Shown: positions 1 to 11,659 of the stretch, one piece after another | Layout of the letters: the number at the start of each line of letters is the position of its first letter | Numbering within the stretch: the first letter of the stretch is position 1 | Assembly: GCA_964016885.1 (NCBI GenBank) | Contig: OZ024740.1 | Location: 384,462,001-384,526,000, forward strand | Source: Eledone cirrhosa | Taxonomy: Eukaryota | Direction: 5' to 3' | Length of the DNA stretch: 64,000 nucleotides | The notes under the pieces: generated by a model | What the model was told of the DNA's origin: nothing | The model's database searches: none | What the model saw: only the letters and a program-made list of their open reading frames with translations | Program-made: the position numbers and the translations under genes

Positions 1-70
1 TAAAATAAGGCACCAATAATGCACTGGAGTAATTGTTGGCCTTCTGCCAAAAGTAGAAACAATTATTATT
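1..70 (+). mobile_element. 3' end of tRNA-derived SINE (cut by window edge)
   Basis: TAATGCACTGGAGTAATTGTTGGCCTTCTGCCAAAAGTAGAAACAATTATTATT matches the tail of the full SINE copy at 60867-61060. Confidence 0.8.
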
Positions 71-248
71 AATAAAGAACTAATTATACTTAAATATATT
101 TTCTTTCTTTCCATATGAGCTATAGTTTATTCTTATCCTAATATCACTTTTATAAATATGATTCAAGATGGATTAAAAACCCGAAACACGGTGTCTGGCC
201 TACTCATACGGCTGCTTAAGTAACTGTGACATATATATAAAATATATA

Positions 249-320
<72 letters not shown>

Positions 321-326
<6 letters not shown>

Positions 327-863
327 GAGTTTTTCGAATATTAATAATAAAATTCGATTCGTTTGCAATTATGCAGACAAGCCTCATTTTTAAAGCCATG
401 TCAGCAGAATGAACCATTCATGCTTGCTCTTGTGTTGGCATGAAAATAGAACTGCAGACACCAATGTTTCTGGTTATCACCCTTCATCACTGCAGCTCAC
501 TGTTCACCTACCAACTGTCAGATCTAGTGAAAGTATTTCTTGATATGCAAATCTAACTGATCATTGGATCTGCTAATATGCAGATCTGACTGATCAGCCA
601 GTCTGCTGATATGCAAATCAGGCCTACCAGTCACTGTATATTTTAGAAAATAGCATATATTTTCACTAGTTGACAGGTGAACAGTGAGCTGTACTGATGA
701 AGAGTGATATCCAGAAACATTAGTGTCTGTAGTTCTGTTTACATGCCAACACAAGAGAAAGAATGAAGGGTTCATTCTACTGACATGGCTTTAAAAATGA
801 GGCTTGTTTGCATAATTGCAAACGAATGTAATGTTATTATTAATATTCGAAAAACTCAAATTA
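321..863. repeat. Fold-back element (~205-bp inverted arms 321-532 / 661-863) in (TA)n; probable Penelope-like pLTR derivative
   Basis: Arms are reverse complements (TAATTTGAGTTTTTCGAATATTAAT... / ...ATTAATATTCGAAAAACTCAAATTA); each arm carries a hammerhead motif; (TA)n on both sides. Confidence 0.85.
689..732 (+). ncRNA. Minimal type I hammerhead ribozyme-like motif (mirror copy 452-495 on minus strand)
   Basis: CTGTA-CTGATGA-AGAGTGATATCCA-GAAA-CATTAGTG-TC-TGTAG; stem I closes (CTGCA/TGCAG in the mirror copy), near-palindromic stem III; stem II weak. Confidence 0.6.
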
Positions 864-975
864 CATTTATTGTATCCAGCCATGTAGAGCAAAAATTATG
901 TATAAAGAATTATGTATATATATGCATATGTATATATATATATATATATATATATGCGTATATATATATATATGC

Positions 976-1070
<95 letters not shown>

Positions 1071-1074
<4 letters not shown>

Positions 1075-1706
1075 GTATCTAGTATTTAATGCGAAGAAAT
1101 ACCAATGAAAATCAGCAGACTACTGATGATGGACATTCATGTTTCTCGGTCTATTTTCATTCATATGTTCATATTCGCAACAACGCAGCACGCCATTTTT
1201 CATTCACATATATTTTTTCTCCTCGTTGTGGTTCGTATTTTTTCTGCCACCTTACTGCTATCCTCTTTCTCTCACCCCCTTCTCTCTCCTTTACCTCTTG
1301 CTTTCTTTCATCCCCGCTGCTGGTCACACGCTCTCAGCTGGCCTCCTTCTCACTCTTTCACTCACTCACTCTCTGCTACTCCCCCTCCCTCAATTCCTCC
1401 GTCTGATCTGTGTGAAATTCTTTCCTCTCTCACTTTTCGCGTGGCTCGGACGTGTCTGCCTCTTCTCGTCATTTGATGTTTGGAATTAAGTCCACAAGAT
1501 TCATTGACTTGTCTCTCCCTTTTCCTGTCTTTACGTTGCATTACTACCATGTTGTTTGTCTACTTACTTCTGTCCCGATAACTTAATTTAGTTATCGCTC
1601 GCACTGATTTTAGCTATCTAGTCTTTAATGCGAAGAAATACCAATGATATCAGCAGACTACTGATGATGGACATTCATATTTCTCGGTCTATTTTCATTT
1701 ATATGT
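1071..1706. repeat. ~100-bp direct repeats (1071-1168, 1609-1706) flanking a pyrimidine-rich interior; possible pLTR/LTR remnant
   Basis: TTAG.TATCTAGT.TTTAATGCGAAGAAATACCAATGA...CTACTGATGATGGACATTCAT.TTTCTCGGTCTATTTTCATT occurs twice about 540 bp apart. Confidence 0.7.
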
Positions 1707-1840
1707 ATATATATGCAGCTGCTACTGGCCACATTTCCTCCTATAGGGTTATTTTATGCGACTTTCTAATCAGCTATTATTTATAACAATCAACTGTGTT
1801 CACAGTTATATGATGCGTTCGGGATTTTCGTTATGTACTA

Positions 1841-1902
<62 letters not shown>

Positions 1903-1908
<6 letters not shown>

Positions 1909-1979
1909 GTCCCAAAAAAATGTATACACACTTCCACAGCTTTCTAATAAATATATATATACATGTTTGGGACACCCTG
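1903..1979. mobile_element. Tiny Tc1/mariner-type MITE
   Basis: TIRs AGGGTGTCCCAAA..ATGTATA / TATACAT.TTTGGGACACCCTG, inside (TA)n; CAGGGTGTCCCA-type ends are typical of Tc1/mariner. Confidence 0.7.
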
Positions 1980-1986
1980 CATATAA

Positions 1987-2025
<39 letters not shown>

Positions 2026-2314
2026 CAAATAACGAAACGAAATTAAATTTTGTTTCGTTTGTAACTCACTTTTGTATGACTGACGCTTAAACAATTAAGT
2101 TCAAAATGTACATCCTCATATGTATACTGAAATACTAGTATGCATATGAATACACACACGTGTACATATGTAGATGTACCGAGTTTTTCACTGGACACTT
2201 TACTGTGAGTGTCCAGCTATTCTGTATGTAAACACACAGACAAACCGGTTTTTAGAGTCATACTGGTTTTCGAGGAAACACCTTTCCTCTATTCTCCAGA
2301 AAGCCAGACAAGGA

Positions 2315-2357
2315 ATATTGGACTAGTTTCGATGTTGTTACATCTCATCAGCAATAT
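2315..2357 (-). ncRNA. Minimal type I hammerhead ribozyme
   Basis: Minus strand ATATTG-CTGATGA-GATGT(AACA)ACATC-GAAA-CTAG-TC-CAATAT: canonical core, perfect stems I and II, palindromic stem III. Confidence 0.9.
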
Positions 2358-2780
2358 TTACCTATCTTCCGGCCTTTCTAGAGAATCGTAAAAGCACATA
2401 TCGTTATATGCTTTTTCTATGAAAATTAGTAGTGGGCAGACTAATTTGCATAGAGCGTGAGTACGTACCGGTTCAGCGGAGACGATAAAAACAAATAACG
2501 AAACGAAATTAAATTTTGTTTCGTTTGTAACTCACTTTTGTATGACTGACGCTTAAACAATTAAGTTCAAAATGTACATCCACATATGTATACTGAAATA
2601 CTAGTATGCATATGAATACACACACGTGTACATATGTAGATGTACCGAGTTTTTCACTGGACACTTACCTGTGAGTGTCCAGCTATTCTGTATGTAAACA
2701 CACAGACAAACCGGTTTTTAGAGTCATACTGGTTTTCGAGGAAACACCTTTCCTCTATTCTCCAGAAAGCCAGACAAGGA

Positions 2781-2823
2781 ATATTGGACTAGTTTCGATG
2801 TTGTTACATCTCATCAGCAATAT
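2781..2823 (-). ncRNA. Minimal type I hammerhead ribozyme (second tandem unit)
   Basis: Same sequence as 2315-2357. Confidence 0.9.
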
Positions 2824-3081
2824 TTACCTATCTTCCGGCCTTTCTAGAGAATCGTAAAAGCACATATCGTTATATGCTTTTTCTATGAAAATTAGTAGTG
2901 GGCAGACTTTACAAACAAAACAAAATTTAATTTCGTTTCGTTATTTGTTTTTATCGTCTCCGCTGAACCGGTACGTACTCACGCTCTATGCAAATTAGTC
3001 TGCCCACTACTAATTTTCATAGAAAAAGCATATAACGATATGTGCTTTTACGATTCTCTAGAAAGGCCGAAAGATAGGTAA

Positions 3082-3124
3082 ATATTGCTGATGAGATGTA
3101 ACTACATCGAAACTAGTCCAATAT
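3082..3124 (+). ncRNA. Minimal type I hammerhead ribozyme (inverted unit)
   Basis: ATATTG-CTGATGA-GATGT(AACT)ACATC-GAAA-CTAG-TC-CAATAT. Confidence 0.9.
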
Positions 3125-3343
3125 TCCTTGTCTGGCTTTCTGAAGAATAGAGGAAAGGTATTTCCTCGAAAACCAGTATGACTCTAAAAACCGGTTTGTC
3201 TGTGTGTTTACATACAGAATAGCTGGACACTCACAGTAAAGTGTCCAGTGAAAAACTCGGTACATCTACATATGTACACGTGTGTGTATTCATATGCATA
3301 CTAGTATTTCAGTATACATATGTGGATGTACATTTTGAACTTA

Positions 3344-3393
<50 letters not shown>

Positions 3394-3661
3394 TTAAGTT
3401 TCTACACAAAACGAAGGTTATAGAGAAAATTGAGGTTGGTAATGGCACATGGAATATATAAGAGACAGAATACTTTTTTGTGAAAAAACATATAATTTTA
3501 TAAGGTAAGGAAAGAATAAAGGGTATAAAAAATGACCGGTTTCGATGGGTCTGCAAAAGCCATCTTTTCAAATGTTGATTAATGTTAAGAAAAATTAATA
3601 ATAAGAAGAGTTAAAATTTGAGATTTGAAAATTCAAGTATAAAATTCAGTGTGGGATTTCA

Positions 3662-5259
3662 ACCAACAATTACATTGAACTAACACCACCAGAAGACCTA
3701 AAACTCAGGCCAATTATAGCAGGCCCTACATGTGAAACCCACAGACTTAACAACTTTCTGGACATCCTACTGAAACCCTTTCTACAACATATACAGAGCT
3801 ACATACGAGATGACCTTGACATGCTGAAACACCTCCCTAAAACATTAAGTGCAAATACAATTCTTGTCTCCTTTGACATAATAAACCTCTACACAAACAT
3901 ACCCCACAACTATGGAATAACAGCAGTCCAATACTGGCTTAACACACACCCATCAGAAATACCGACACGCATCAACAAACATTTTATCACTGACGGACTC
4001 CGCTTTATCCTACAAAATAACTACTTCACATTCAATGGTTCAACATACAGACAAGTATCAGGTACTGCAATGGGCACGAAAGTAGCACCCACATATGCCA
4101 ACCTAGTCATGGGATTCCATGAACAACAAATATACAGTCGGTCCCTTCTCTTATTTGGAGACTCTTTCCACACACACCTCAAAGCCAATTGGAAAAGTTA
4201 TCTTGACGACTGCTTTATCCTATGGCAAGAAGACATGAACTCACTTACTATGTTTAAAAACATGATAAACAACATAGATAATAACATACAATTCACAATG
4301 GAATCCAACCCCAAGGAATTAGCCTTCTTGGATATTCTCATCTCTGTAATAGACGGGAAATTAGATACAGATATATTCTATAAACCCACAGATTCCAAGC
4401 AATACCTCTTTTTCACATCATGTCACTCAAAACATACAAAACTTAACATTCCTTACAATTTGGCCAAACGTATATGTACCATAGTATCAGATCCACCTAA
4501 ACGGGAGCAAAGACTAAAGGAACTAAAAGACACCCTTATCTTAAGAGCCTTTCCACTTGAAATAATCAACAATGGAATAGACAGGGCAAAACACATAAAT
4601 CCCCATCAACTTAACAATCCAAAACAGAAAACCACACTCAACACCCTGCCATATGTATCCACTTTCAACCCCAGAAATACCGAAATGTTTGATCACCTAC
4701 ACAAAAACCTCCCCATCCTACTTAAAGATGTAAAAATGAAGTCTATTCTTGAAACACACAAGATCCTTAAAAGTAAAAGCAACCCAAATCACTAAAACGC
4801 ATTCTCACTGGACCAAATATACCCAAACCAATCCTCAACCCTACAGTTACCAAATGTGGTAGAACAAACTGTGGAACGTGCCTCTACCTCACTGAAGGAC
4901 AAACATTTACATTTAAAGATGGCCAAACATTTACAGTAAAAAACAATTTCACTTGCAACTCGGAGAACTTGATTTACGTAATAACTTGCGGTGGATGTAA
5001 ACACAACTACATAGGACAGACGGGCGCCTCATTACGCAAAAGAATGACCATCCACCGACAACAAATCCGGGACGCTAACACAAGAAAAATCCCCTTGAGC
5101 AGCCATATTGCGAACTGCGCAGGAATGACACTACCCAACTTTAAAATCTTCCCCTTCTACAAGTGCTCAGATTCGCTCACACAGCAACACAGAATAAACA
5201 AAGAAAATCTATTCCTTAACAAATTTAAACCAAAACTAAGCGGGTTATCACCCCAATAG
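3662..5259 (+). pseudogene. Penelope-like RT + Cys-rich linker + GIY-YIG endonuclease, frameshifted near 4790
   Basis: LRPIIAG, SFDIINLYTNIP, GTAMGT, YLDD, AFLD, FYKPTD; then KCGRTNCGTC linker and IYVITCGGCKHNYIGQTG..LRKRMTIHR (GIY-YIG). Confidence 0.9.
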
Positions 5260-5584
5260 AATTGTCATAAAATATAAACACACATACGCACGGAGTGACA
5301 TATATATGTGTGTGTATGTGTGCATGTATATAATCATCACTACTATTAAAGACCAAAGACCAATTCTGTAGAATCAGGTTTATTCTTTGACAGACCATGC
5401 CTTTGTGTGACCAACACATCCATGTTAAACGCTGCACGTGCACACACATATATCTATATATATATGCGAACACAGAATTCACCACTGTCGGTTGCGGGGC
5501 CCAATCTACATGAAGAACTCAATGTGATCAGAATGAATGTATTTTAATTTCACTGTTCTAACTTCTTATATTATGGAAAAAATA

Positions 5585-6301
5585 TATGTGTATGTATGTA
5601 TATATATGTATTTGGAGGCCATTTCTCTATGTGTGTGGGTGTATGTATGTGTATGTGTGTGTGTGTCTATGTGTGGGTGTATGTATGTGTATGTGTGTGT
5701 GTGGGTGTGTGTGTGTGTATGTGTGTGTGTGTATGTGTGTATCTAGATGTATGTGTATGTATATATATATGTGTGTGCGTGTGTGTGTGTATATATATGT
5801 GTGTGCATGTGTATATATGTGTGTGTGTGTTTGTATGTGTGTACGCATATATGTGTGTGTGTGTATGTATGTGTGTGTATATATATATATATATATGTGT
5901 GTATATGTGTATGTATATATATATATATATATGTGTATGTATGTGTGTGTGTGTGTGTATGTGTGTATCTGGATGTATGTGTATGTATATATATATGTGT
6001 GTGTGTGTGTATATATGTGTGTGTATGTGTATATATGTGTGTGTGTGTTTGTATGTGTGTACGTATATATGTGTGTGTGTGTATGTATGTGTGTATATAT
6101 ATATATATATATGTGTATATGTGTATGTATATATATATATATATATGTGTATGTATGTGTGTGTGTGTGTATGTATGTGTGTATCTGGATGTATGTGTAT
6201 GTATATATATATGTGTGTGTGTGTATATATATGTGTATGTGTATATATGTGTGTGTATGTGTGTATATATGTGTATGTATATGTATGTGTGTGTGTATGT
6301 A

Positions 6302-6337
<36 letters not shown>
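5585..6337. repeat. Compound (TG)n/(TA)n microsatellite with internal duplications
   Basis: Direct reading; GTATCTGGATGTATGTG marker repeated. Confidence 0.95.
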
Positions 6338-6339
<2 letters not shown>

Positions 6340-6340
<1 letters not shown>

Positions 6341-6533
6341 ATAATTGTTTCTACTTTTGGAACAAGGCCAGCAATTATCCAGTGCATTACTGGTACTTTA
6401 TTTTATCGACCCTGTAAGGATGAAAGGCAAAGTTAACCTCGGCAGGATTTGAACTCAGATCAAAAAGGGGCGTAACTCTGTGCTGCAAATCATGTTGTCC
6501 GACCCTCTACCGATACTGCCAAACCACCACCCC
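6340..6533 (-). mobile_element. tRNA-derived SINE inserted in the Penelope 3' region
   Basis: Minus strand A box TGGCAGTATCGG, B box GAGTTCAAATCC, TTTGCCTTTCATCC..GGGTCGATAAAATAAAGTACCAG core and GGCCTTGT tail. Confidence 0.85.
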
Positions 6534-6954
6534 TATATATATAGTAATAATAATAAAATTGAAGACTAAAATCCAAAGAGGGCTCGATATATATATATAT
6601 GTATGTATATGTATATGTGTGTGTGGATGAGGGTATGTGTATATATGGGTGTAAGTGCACTTAATCCCTTTCTATCACTCTCCCCTCTCCTACCGACCAC
6701 ATGGAGATGTATGTATGTATATTGCTTCCACCCCCTATCTGAGCAGCAGCTGGCCATCTGGCCATTGCTAAATCTGACCTTGAAAAGAACCACTCCCCAC
6801 AAATAATTCCTCATTCACTGCCAGAAGGGGACACACAGCAGTCAGCTTGCTGCTACCAAGATGAAAACTATATGAAATCCCACACTGAATTTTATACTTG
6901 AATTTTCAAATCTCAAATTTTAACTCTTCTTATTAATTTTTCTTAATATTAATC

Positions 6955-7002
6955 AACATTTGAAAAGATGGCTTTTGCAGACCCATCGAAACCGGTCATT
7001 TT
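6955..7002 (+). ncRNA. Hammerhead-like motif, U3-A8 core variant, in Penelope pLTR (mirror copy 3529-3576 on minus strand)
   Basis: AACAT-TTGAAAA-GATGG(...)CCATC-GAAA-CCGG-TC-ATTTT. Confidence 0.65.
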
Positions 7003-7105
7003 TTATACCCTTTATTCATTCCTTAACTTATAAAATGATATGTTTTTTCACAAAAAAGTATTCTGTCTCTTATATATTCCATGTGCCATTACCAACCTCA
7101 ATTTG

Positions 7106-7276
<171 letters not shown>

Positions 7277-7839
7277 GCGAGGTTTTTGATATGAAATCCT
7301 GTGTCGAAACAAATATTGTCATACTTGGGGAGGGTCATATTGTTGTAATAATATTGCCAGAAATAATAACTGAACATACTCACTGTTTGGTTGGTTTTCG
7401 CTTCTGTATCTTTTATATCTCCATAGTTAATTCATTCGGTCCTCAATGTTTACCATTGACTGACCCACGGTCAAAAATACAGATATAATATAGATATAAA
7501 CACATATATATATGTGAATTAACTGTAGATTATTTCAGGTTTTATCCAACTACATGCAATCTTCAACAGGTGATGTTTACCATACACTTGGATATGCCAA
7601 TGCCATGTTTGAAGAGTTCAATTCTCCTTGTGGAGTAAGATATTACTTCAAAACATGCAATTCAAATAATATATATATCATGTGTAGATATAAAACATTA
7701 ACAATAAATTTTCAAAAATGTGCTGTACTACTTCAGTATTCATAGTTGTATTCCGTCACAATGATTTGTTAATGTGACCATCTGCTTCTTTACAAAAATA
7801 TCTACTTGTAACCAGTGAACGTAAAGAGGAGAAAAGGAT

Positions 7840-8034
7840 TAGATGGATGTATGAATAAATAGAAAGGCAGATAAACAGGTAGACATAAAGTTAGGTAGAT
7901 AGATATGGGTGGAGGTATGAAGGGTTGTATTAATATAAATAGATAGATAGATGAGTAGGTAGATAGATTGATAGGTAGATAGATAGAGAGATGGATGTAT
8001 AGATTGATAATAGATAGATAAATACATAGATAAA
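7840..8034. repeat. Degenerate (GATA)n microsatellite (Tx1 target)
   Basis: TAGATAGATAG runs abutting the Tx1 3' end. Confidence 0.85.
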
Positions 8035-8269
8035 TTTCTTTATTAGCCACAAGGGCACAAAAGAAGGGGACAAATACAAATGGGGAGTTTACATACAGGT
8101 ATATGAAAATAAAACTATTAATAAAATAACAAATAAATAACAATTGAAATCCCCAATAGGTGGGAGGCGTTACACAGGGGTTGTACACACCCCGAAAAAA
8201 TGTAAAACCCTCATCTCCAGGAGCACCAAGAGTGAGTACACCCTTCCTCTCTTCCTCTTTTTCCTCAAC

Positions 8270-11200
8270 CTACAGGCTTATATAGAGAGAAGGCCCAGCC
8301 ACTCGGGCCATCTTTGCCACATTCTCCCACCTTTTATAAAATGTGCTGGGGTACAGCACATCTCTCTCCATCCTGATTCTTCTTCCAAAATGATATTTGA
8401 AAAAACGAATCAGTTGCTCGCCGGAGAGAAAGGTGTCTGCCCGCAGCCCTTTTAACCTTGTCCACCATATAACCTCTTTCACCATAGTCATAACACATAG
8501 GAAAATCGCCTCTCCCTCGTTTTTGAAGGAGGGTGGCGGTTTGATCATGACAATGGACTCGGTGGTCAACTGGATTGGTTCCACCCGCGACAATAGTCAT
8601 TCTACATAGCCCCACAGGTCGGTAACGCCCGGGCAGTGTACAAATGCGTGCGCGACAGTTTCCTCGTCGCGCACGCATCTCGGACAGATCTTTTTCGAAG
8701 GGTCCCTGCCCGAGCGCCCATGTCTGTAGAGCTTGTCTCGGACTGTTAGAGCTCCTCGGTAGCACTGCCAGGCCAGGGACATTTGGAAGTTGCCCATTGG
8801 TCCCAGGCGGAAGGTCCTACCGAACAGACTGACCAGTTCGTCCTCCTCTAGGCCTAGAGTTTCTCCGAGCGCGTCGTCGCACTTGCTGCGGACCAACCCT
8901 CTGATCGCCGGGTCCGTATGCCAGAAGACTGTGAGCGCCTAAGCACATTCGATGTGCCAGTCGCCCATTTTCGACGGTCTTTGCTTGACTCAAGACTGCA
9001 GCTCGGTCAGCGAAACGAGTCGTGGGAAGGCTCGCCACACGAACGGGGCCCACACCGGTTGTCCGGTGAGGAATACGTGGAGGTGCCGCAGCCATAGTGC
9101 GTGTTTGCGCATCGTCAGCCACGGCATCCCCAGCCCTCCGTTTGAAGGGTGTTGGCAGCAAATGGATCTTCTCACCAAAGGAGCCCGTTTCTTCCAAAGG
9201 AATTGGAAGAGCGCGCGCCCCATTTTGGTGAGCGTTTTGGCTGGACAAGGCACGAAGGTCAAGAGGTAGTAGATGACGGACGCTATAAAAGTGTTCGCTA
9301 AAACCGCTCGACCTTTCAAGGATAGTTTGGCACTCGGCCCACTTCTGGGTGAGCGCAAACACCTTGGCCGTCACCTCGTTCCAGTTCTTCTCCACCTGGT
9401 GGTCTGGACCAAACCAGACCCCGAACAGCTTTACGGGTCCTTCCGTCCAGCTTACGACAACGCCATCAGAAGGCATAGGTTAGCCTCTCCACGTTTAGAG
9501 TTGCAAACCGACGGATTTGTGCCGGTTCAGCTTCGCTCCGGTGAACCTTTCGTATTCCTCCAGTAAGGAGCGGATCTCCCCGATTTGCTAGGTACTCGAC
9601 ACCATTACTGTAACGTCGCTAGCGTATGCCGACGCCGCTTTTCGCAGTCCCGGTTCCAAAGGGATGTCCTGCAATAACTCCAACTTTTGCAGTAGTGGCT
9701 CGAGAGTCAGTACGTACAGAAGGGAGGAGAGAAGGCATCTCTGTCGGATGGATCGGGTGATATGGAACGGCTCCCAGAGGTAGCTGTTCACCTTGATCCG
9801 ATGTTGTTGCTGGGCATTGCAGCAATCCAGCCCCTGAACACGGGTCCGAAGCCTGCCGCCTCGGGCACCGCATCCAGGTAACGCTGATCAACCCTATCGA
9901 AAGCCTTAGATTGATGCAAGTTAATCAGGGCCCCACCGAAGCCGGGTTTACACCCTACCCTCTCTATGATGTATCGCATGAGGTGGATAGTGTTGTGTAT
10001 GGACCTGGTCAGGATTGCGCATGTCTGCGCTTCTCCCAACAGGTTTTCGACGAGAAGCGCCAGCCTTTTTGCCAACACCTTGGCCAAAATCTGTAAATCT
10101 GTGATTAGCAGAGTTATGGGCCGGAAGTTGCCTATGTCATCCCCCTTATTCTCGTCCTTCATGACTAGCTTTACTACAACCTTGGTCACAGAACTGGGAA
10201 TTCTCCCGTTCTGCTGCCTGTTGCAGTAGATCGCTTCCAGGAGACCGGAGAACAAGTCCGACATTGCTACGTAAGATTCGTAGGGTAGACCGTCGAGACC
10301 TGGAGATTTTCGTTTGCCGCATTGGCTCAGCGCGTCCCCTATCTCAGCTGCCGAAATCGGCCTTTCGCAGAACATCGCCTCGCTGTCCGATAGTCGCGGT
10401 AGGCCGTCGAGGTATGGACCGAAATCTATAGCCCCTCCCGGCGCGCCGCCCTGCTCGAACAGTTGAGCAAAGTGCCGCTGAAAGGCCGCGCATATCTGCT
10501 TCGGCTCACGTATCACGCGCCGTCTTGGTCCTTCAAAGACCGAATAGTGGACTCGTTGCCACTTTTCGCCTCCGTCACTCGAGTCCAGCTAACAGCTTTG
10601 GCTCCCTCGTTTCCCAGAGCACGTATTTTGCTTCTGACAGCGCAGCCTTCAAGTTTTGCGTCGAAGAAATGGTCCAAGGCCGTTCTTGTCGCTAGCACGC
10701 TGGCTACGTTGCCACTCCTAAGTGCCTCTTCTACTTTATCTACCAGTTCCTTTTCGGTTTTAGTTCTATCTAACACTAATTATTTACTAAAACCTATCGA
10801 GCCTAATCTAACTGCCCTCTTGAGAGAGTACCACCATCTCTTGTTGACAATGGCCCCCGTCAAGTGCTGCTTAACTAAAGTGCTACTCCGTCTACTGTAA
10901 GCTTTGAATGTCGGTAACGACAAGTTCAGCTTCCAGTAGCCGGGTCCCTGTCTATGGGTTTTGTCAATTTGACTAAGCAGGTCACTAATTTGTGATCTGA
11001 ATAAGCAACCATGATCATTTGTGGACAGCTTAACATGATACTATCCTTCTTTCTAACTAGAACCCTATCTAGGTACGATCTAGATGTTCCGCTACGGTTA
11101 GTCCACGTCCACAGTGGCAGAGTCGGATAATCTAGTCGATATGTATCGGCCAGGTCAAATCGACCGATTAACTGTTTGAGGCTGTTACACCCCCCTTTAT

Positions 11201-11626
11201 CGGGACATGCTCCCACATAGTCCCAACGTGCATCTAGGATTCAATTCCAGTCCCCCACTAATAGCAGGGAGCGGGACGTTCCCAGAAAAGTCTCTAGACG
11301 TTTGAAGAAGTCTGGCCGCTTCAATACCGTCAACGTCTAGGACCACCAGTCGACCCCCCGGGTCCAGATGTACCGTCTGTGTTACGAGGTCCAGGTGTTT
11401 CCGCAGCAAAACGGCAACCCCACCCCCACCACCCGGCTGACAGAGAGATGCGTAGATCTCAAAGTCGTTGAAGATAGGGGCCAGTTGTCGCTCGCTGTGG
11501 ATCCTGGACTCGCAAATGGTTACTACATCCATACTTTGTGACCTGACGTCGTTTAAGAGTTTGCCCTGTTTCCAGGGCATCCCCAGGCCGTGTCCATTAA
11601 CACATCCAATATTGGCTATGTTGGTG
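8270..11626 (-). pseudogene. Tx1 ORF2 (APE-RT-zinc finger), multiple frameshifts
   Basis: GGGVAVL, SYLDRVLV, SDHK, KSPGLDGLP, FRPITLL, SKAFDRVD, KLFGVWFG, CPRC..ETVAHAFVHC. Confidence 0.9.
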
Positions 11627-11659
11627 CTGAAAAGTTAAAAGAAGAGGAAAAGAAATCAC

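Larger units (their letters stand above)
2020..3348. mobile_element. Retrozyme-like / Penelope-derived non-coding element: 466-bp unit x1.9 in tandem plus one inverted copy (2909-3348)
   Basis: Near-identical units starting at about 2020 and 2486 (hammerheads 466 bp apart); third copy inverted; (TA)n on both flanks; no credible coding capacity. Confidence 0.85.
3390..7104 (+). mobile_element. Penelope-like retroelement (probably Neptune-type), 5'-truncated, with inverted pLTR (3427-3661 vs 6873-7104)
   Basis: RT followed by GIY-YIG endonuclease; ~230-bp terminal inverted repeat containing a hammerhead motif; embedded in (TA)n/(TC)n. Confidence 0.9.

Noticed and set aside
160-200. Hammerhead-like TTCAAGA-TGGG..CCC-GAAA-CACGGTG-TC
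   Set aside because: Core lacks the invariant G5 and stem I is not evident; at best a decayed relic
540-620. ~33-bp tandem repeats with ATGCAAAT octamer motifs
   Set aside because: Spacer of a fold-back element; no independent evidence of regulatory function
1118-1155. CTGATGA motif in the 100-bp direct repeats
   Set aside because: No GAAA half in either copy; cannot be folded as a hammerhead
7538-7745. Possible host exon (tttcag|GTTTATCC..., 63-aa ORF)
   Set aside because: No recognisable domain, no convincing donor or partner exons
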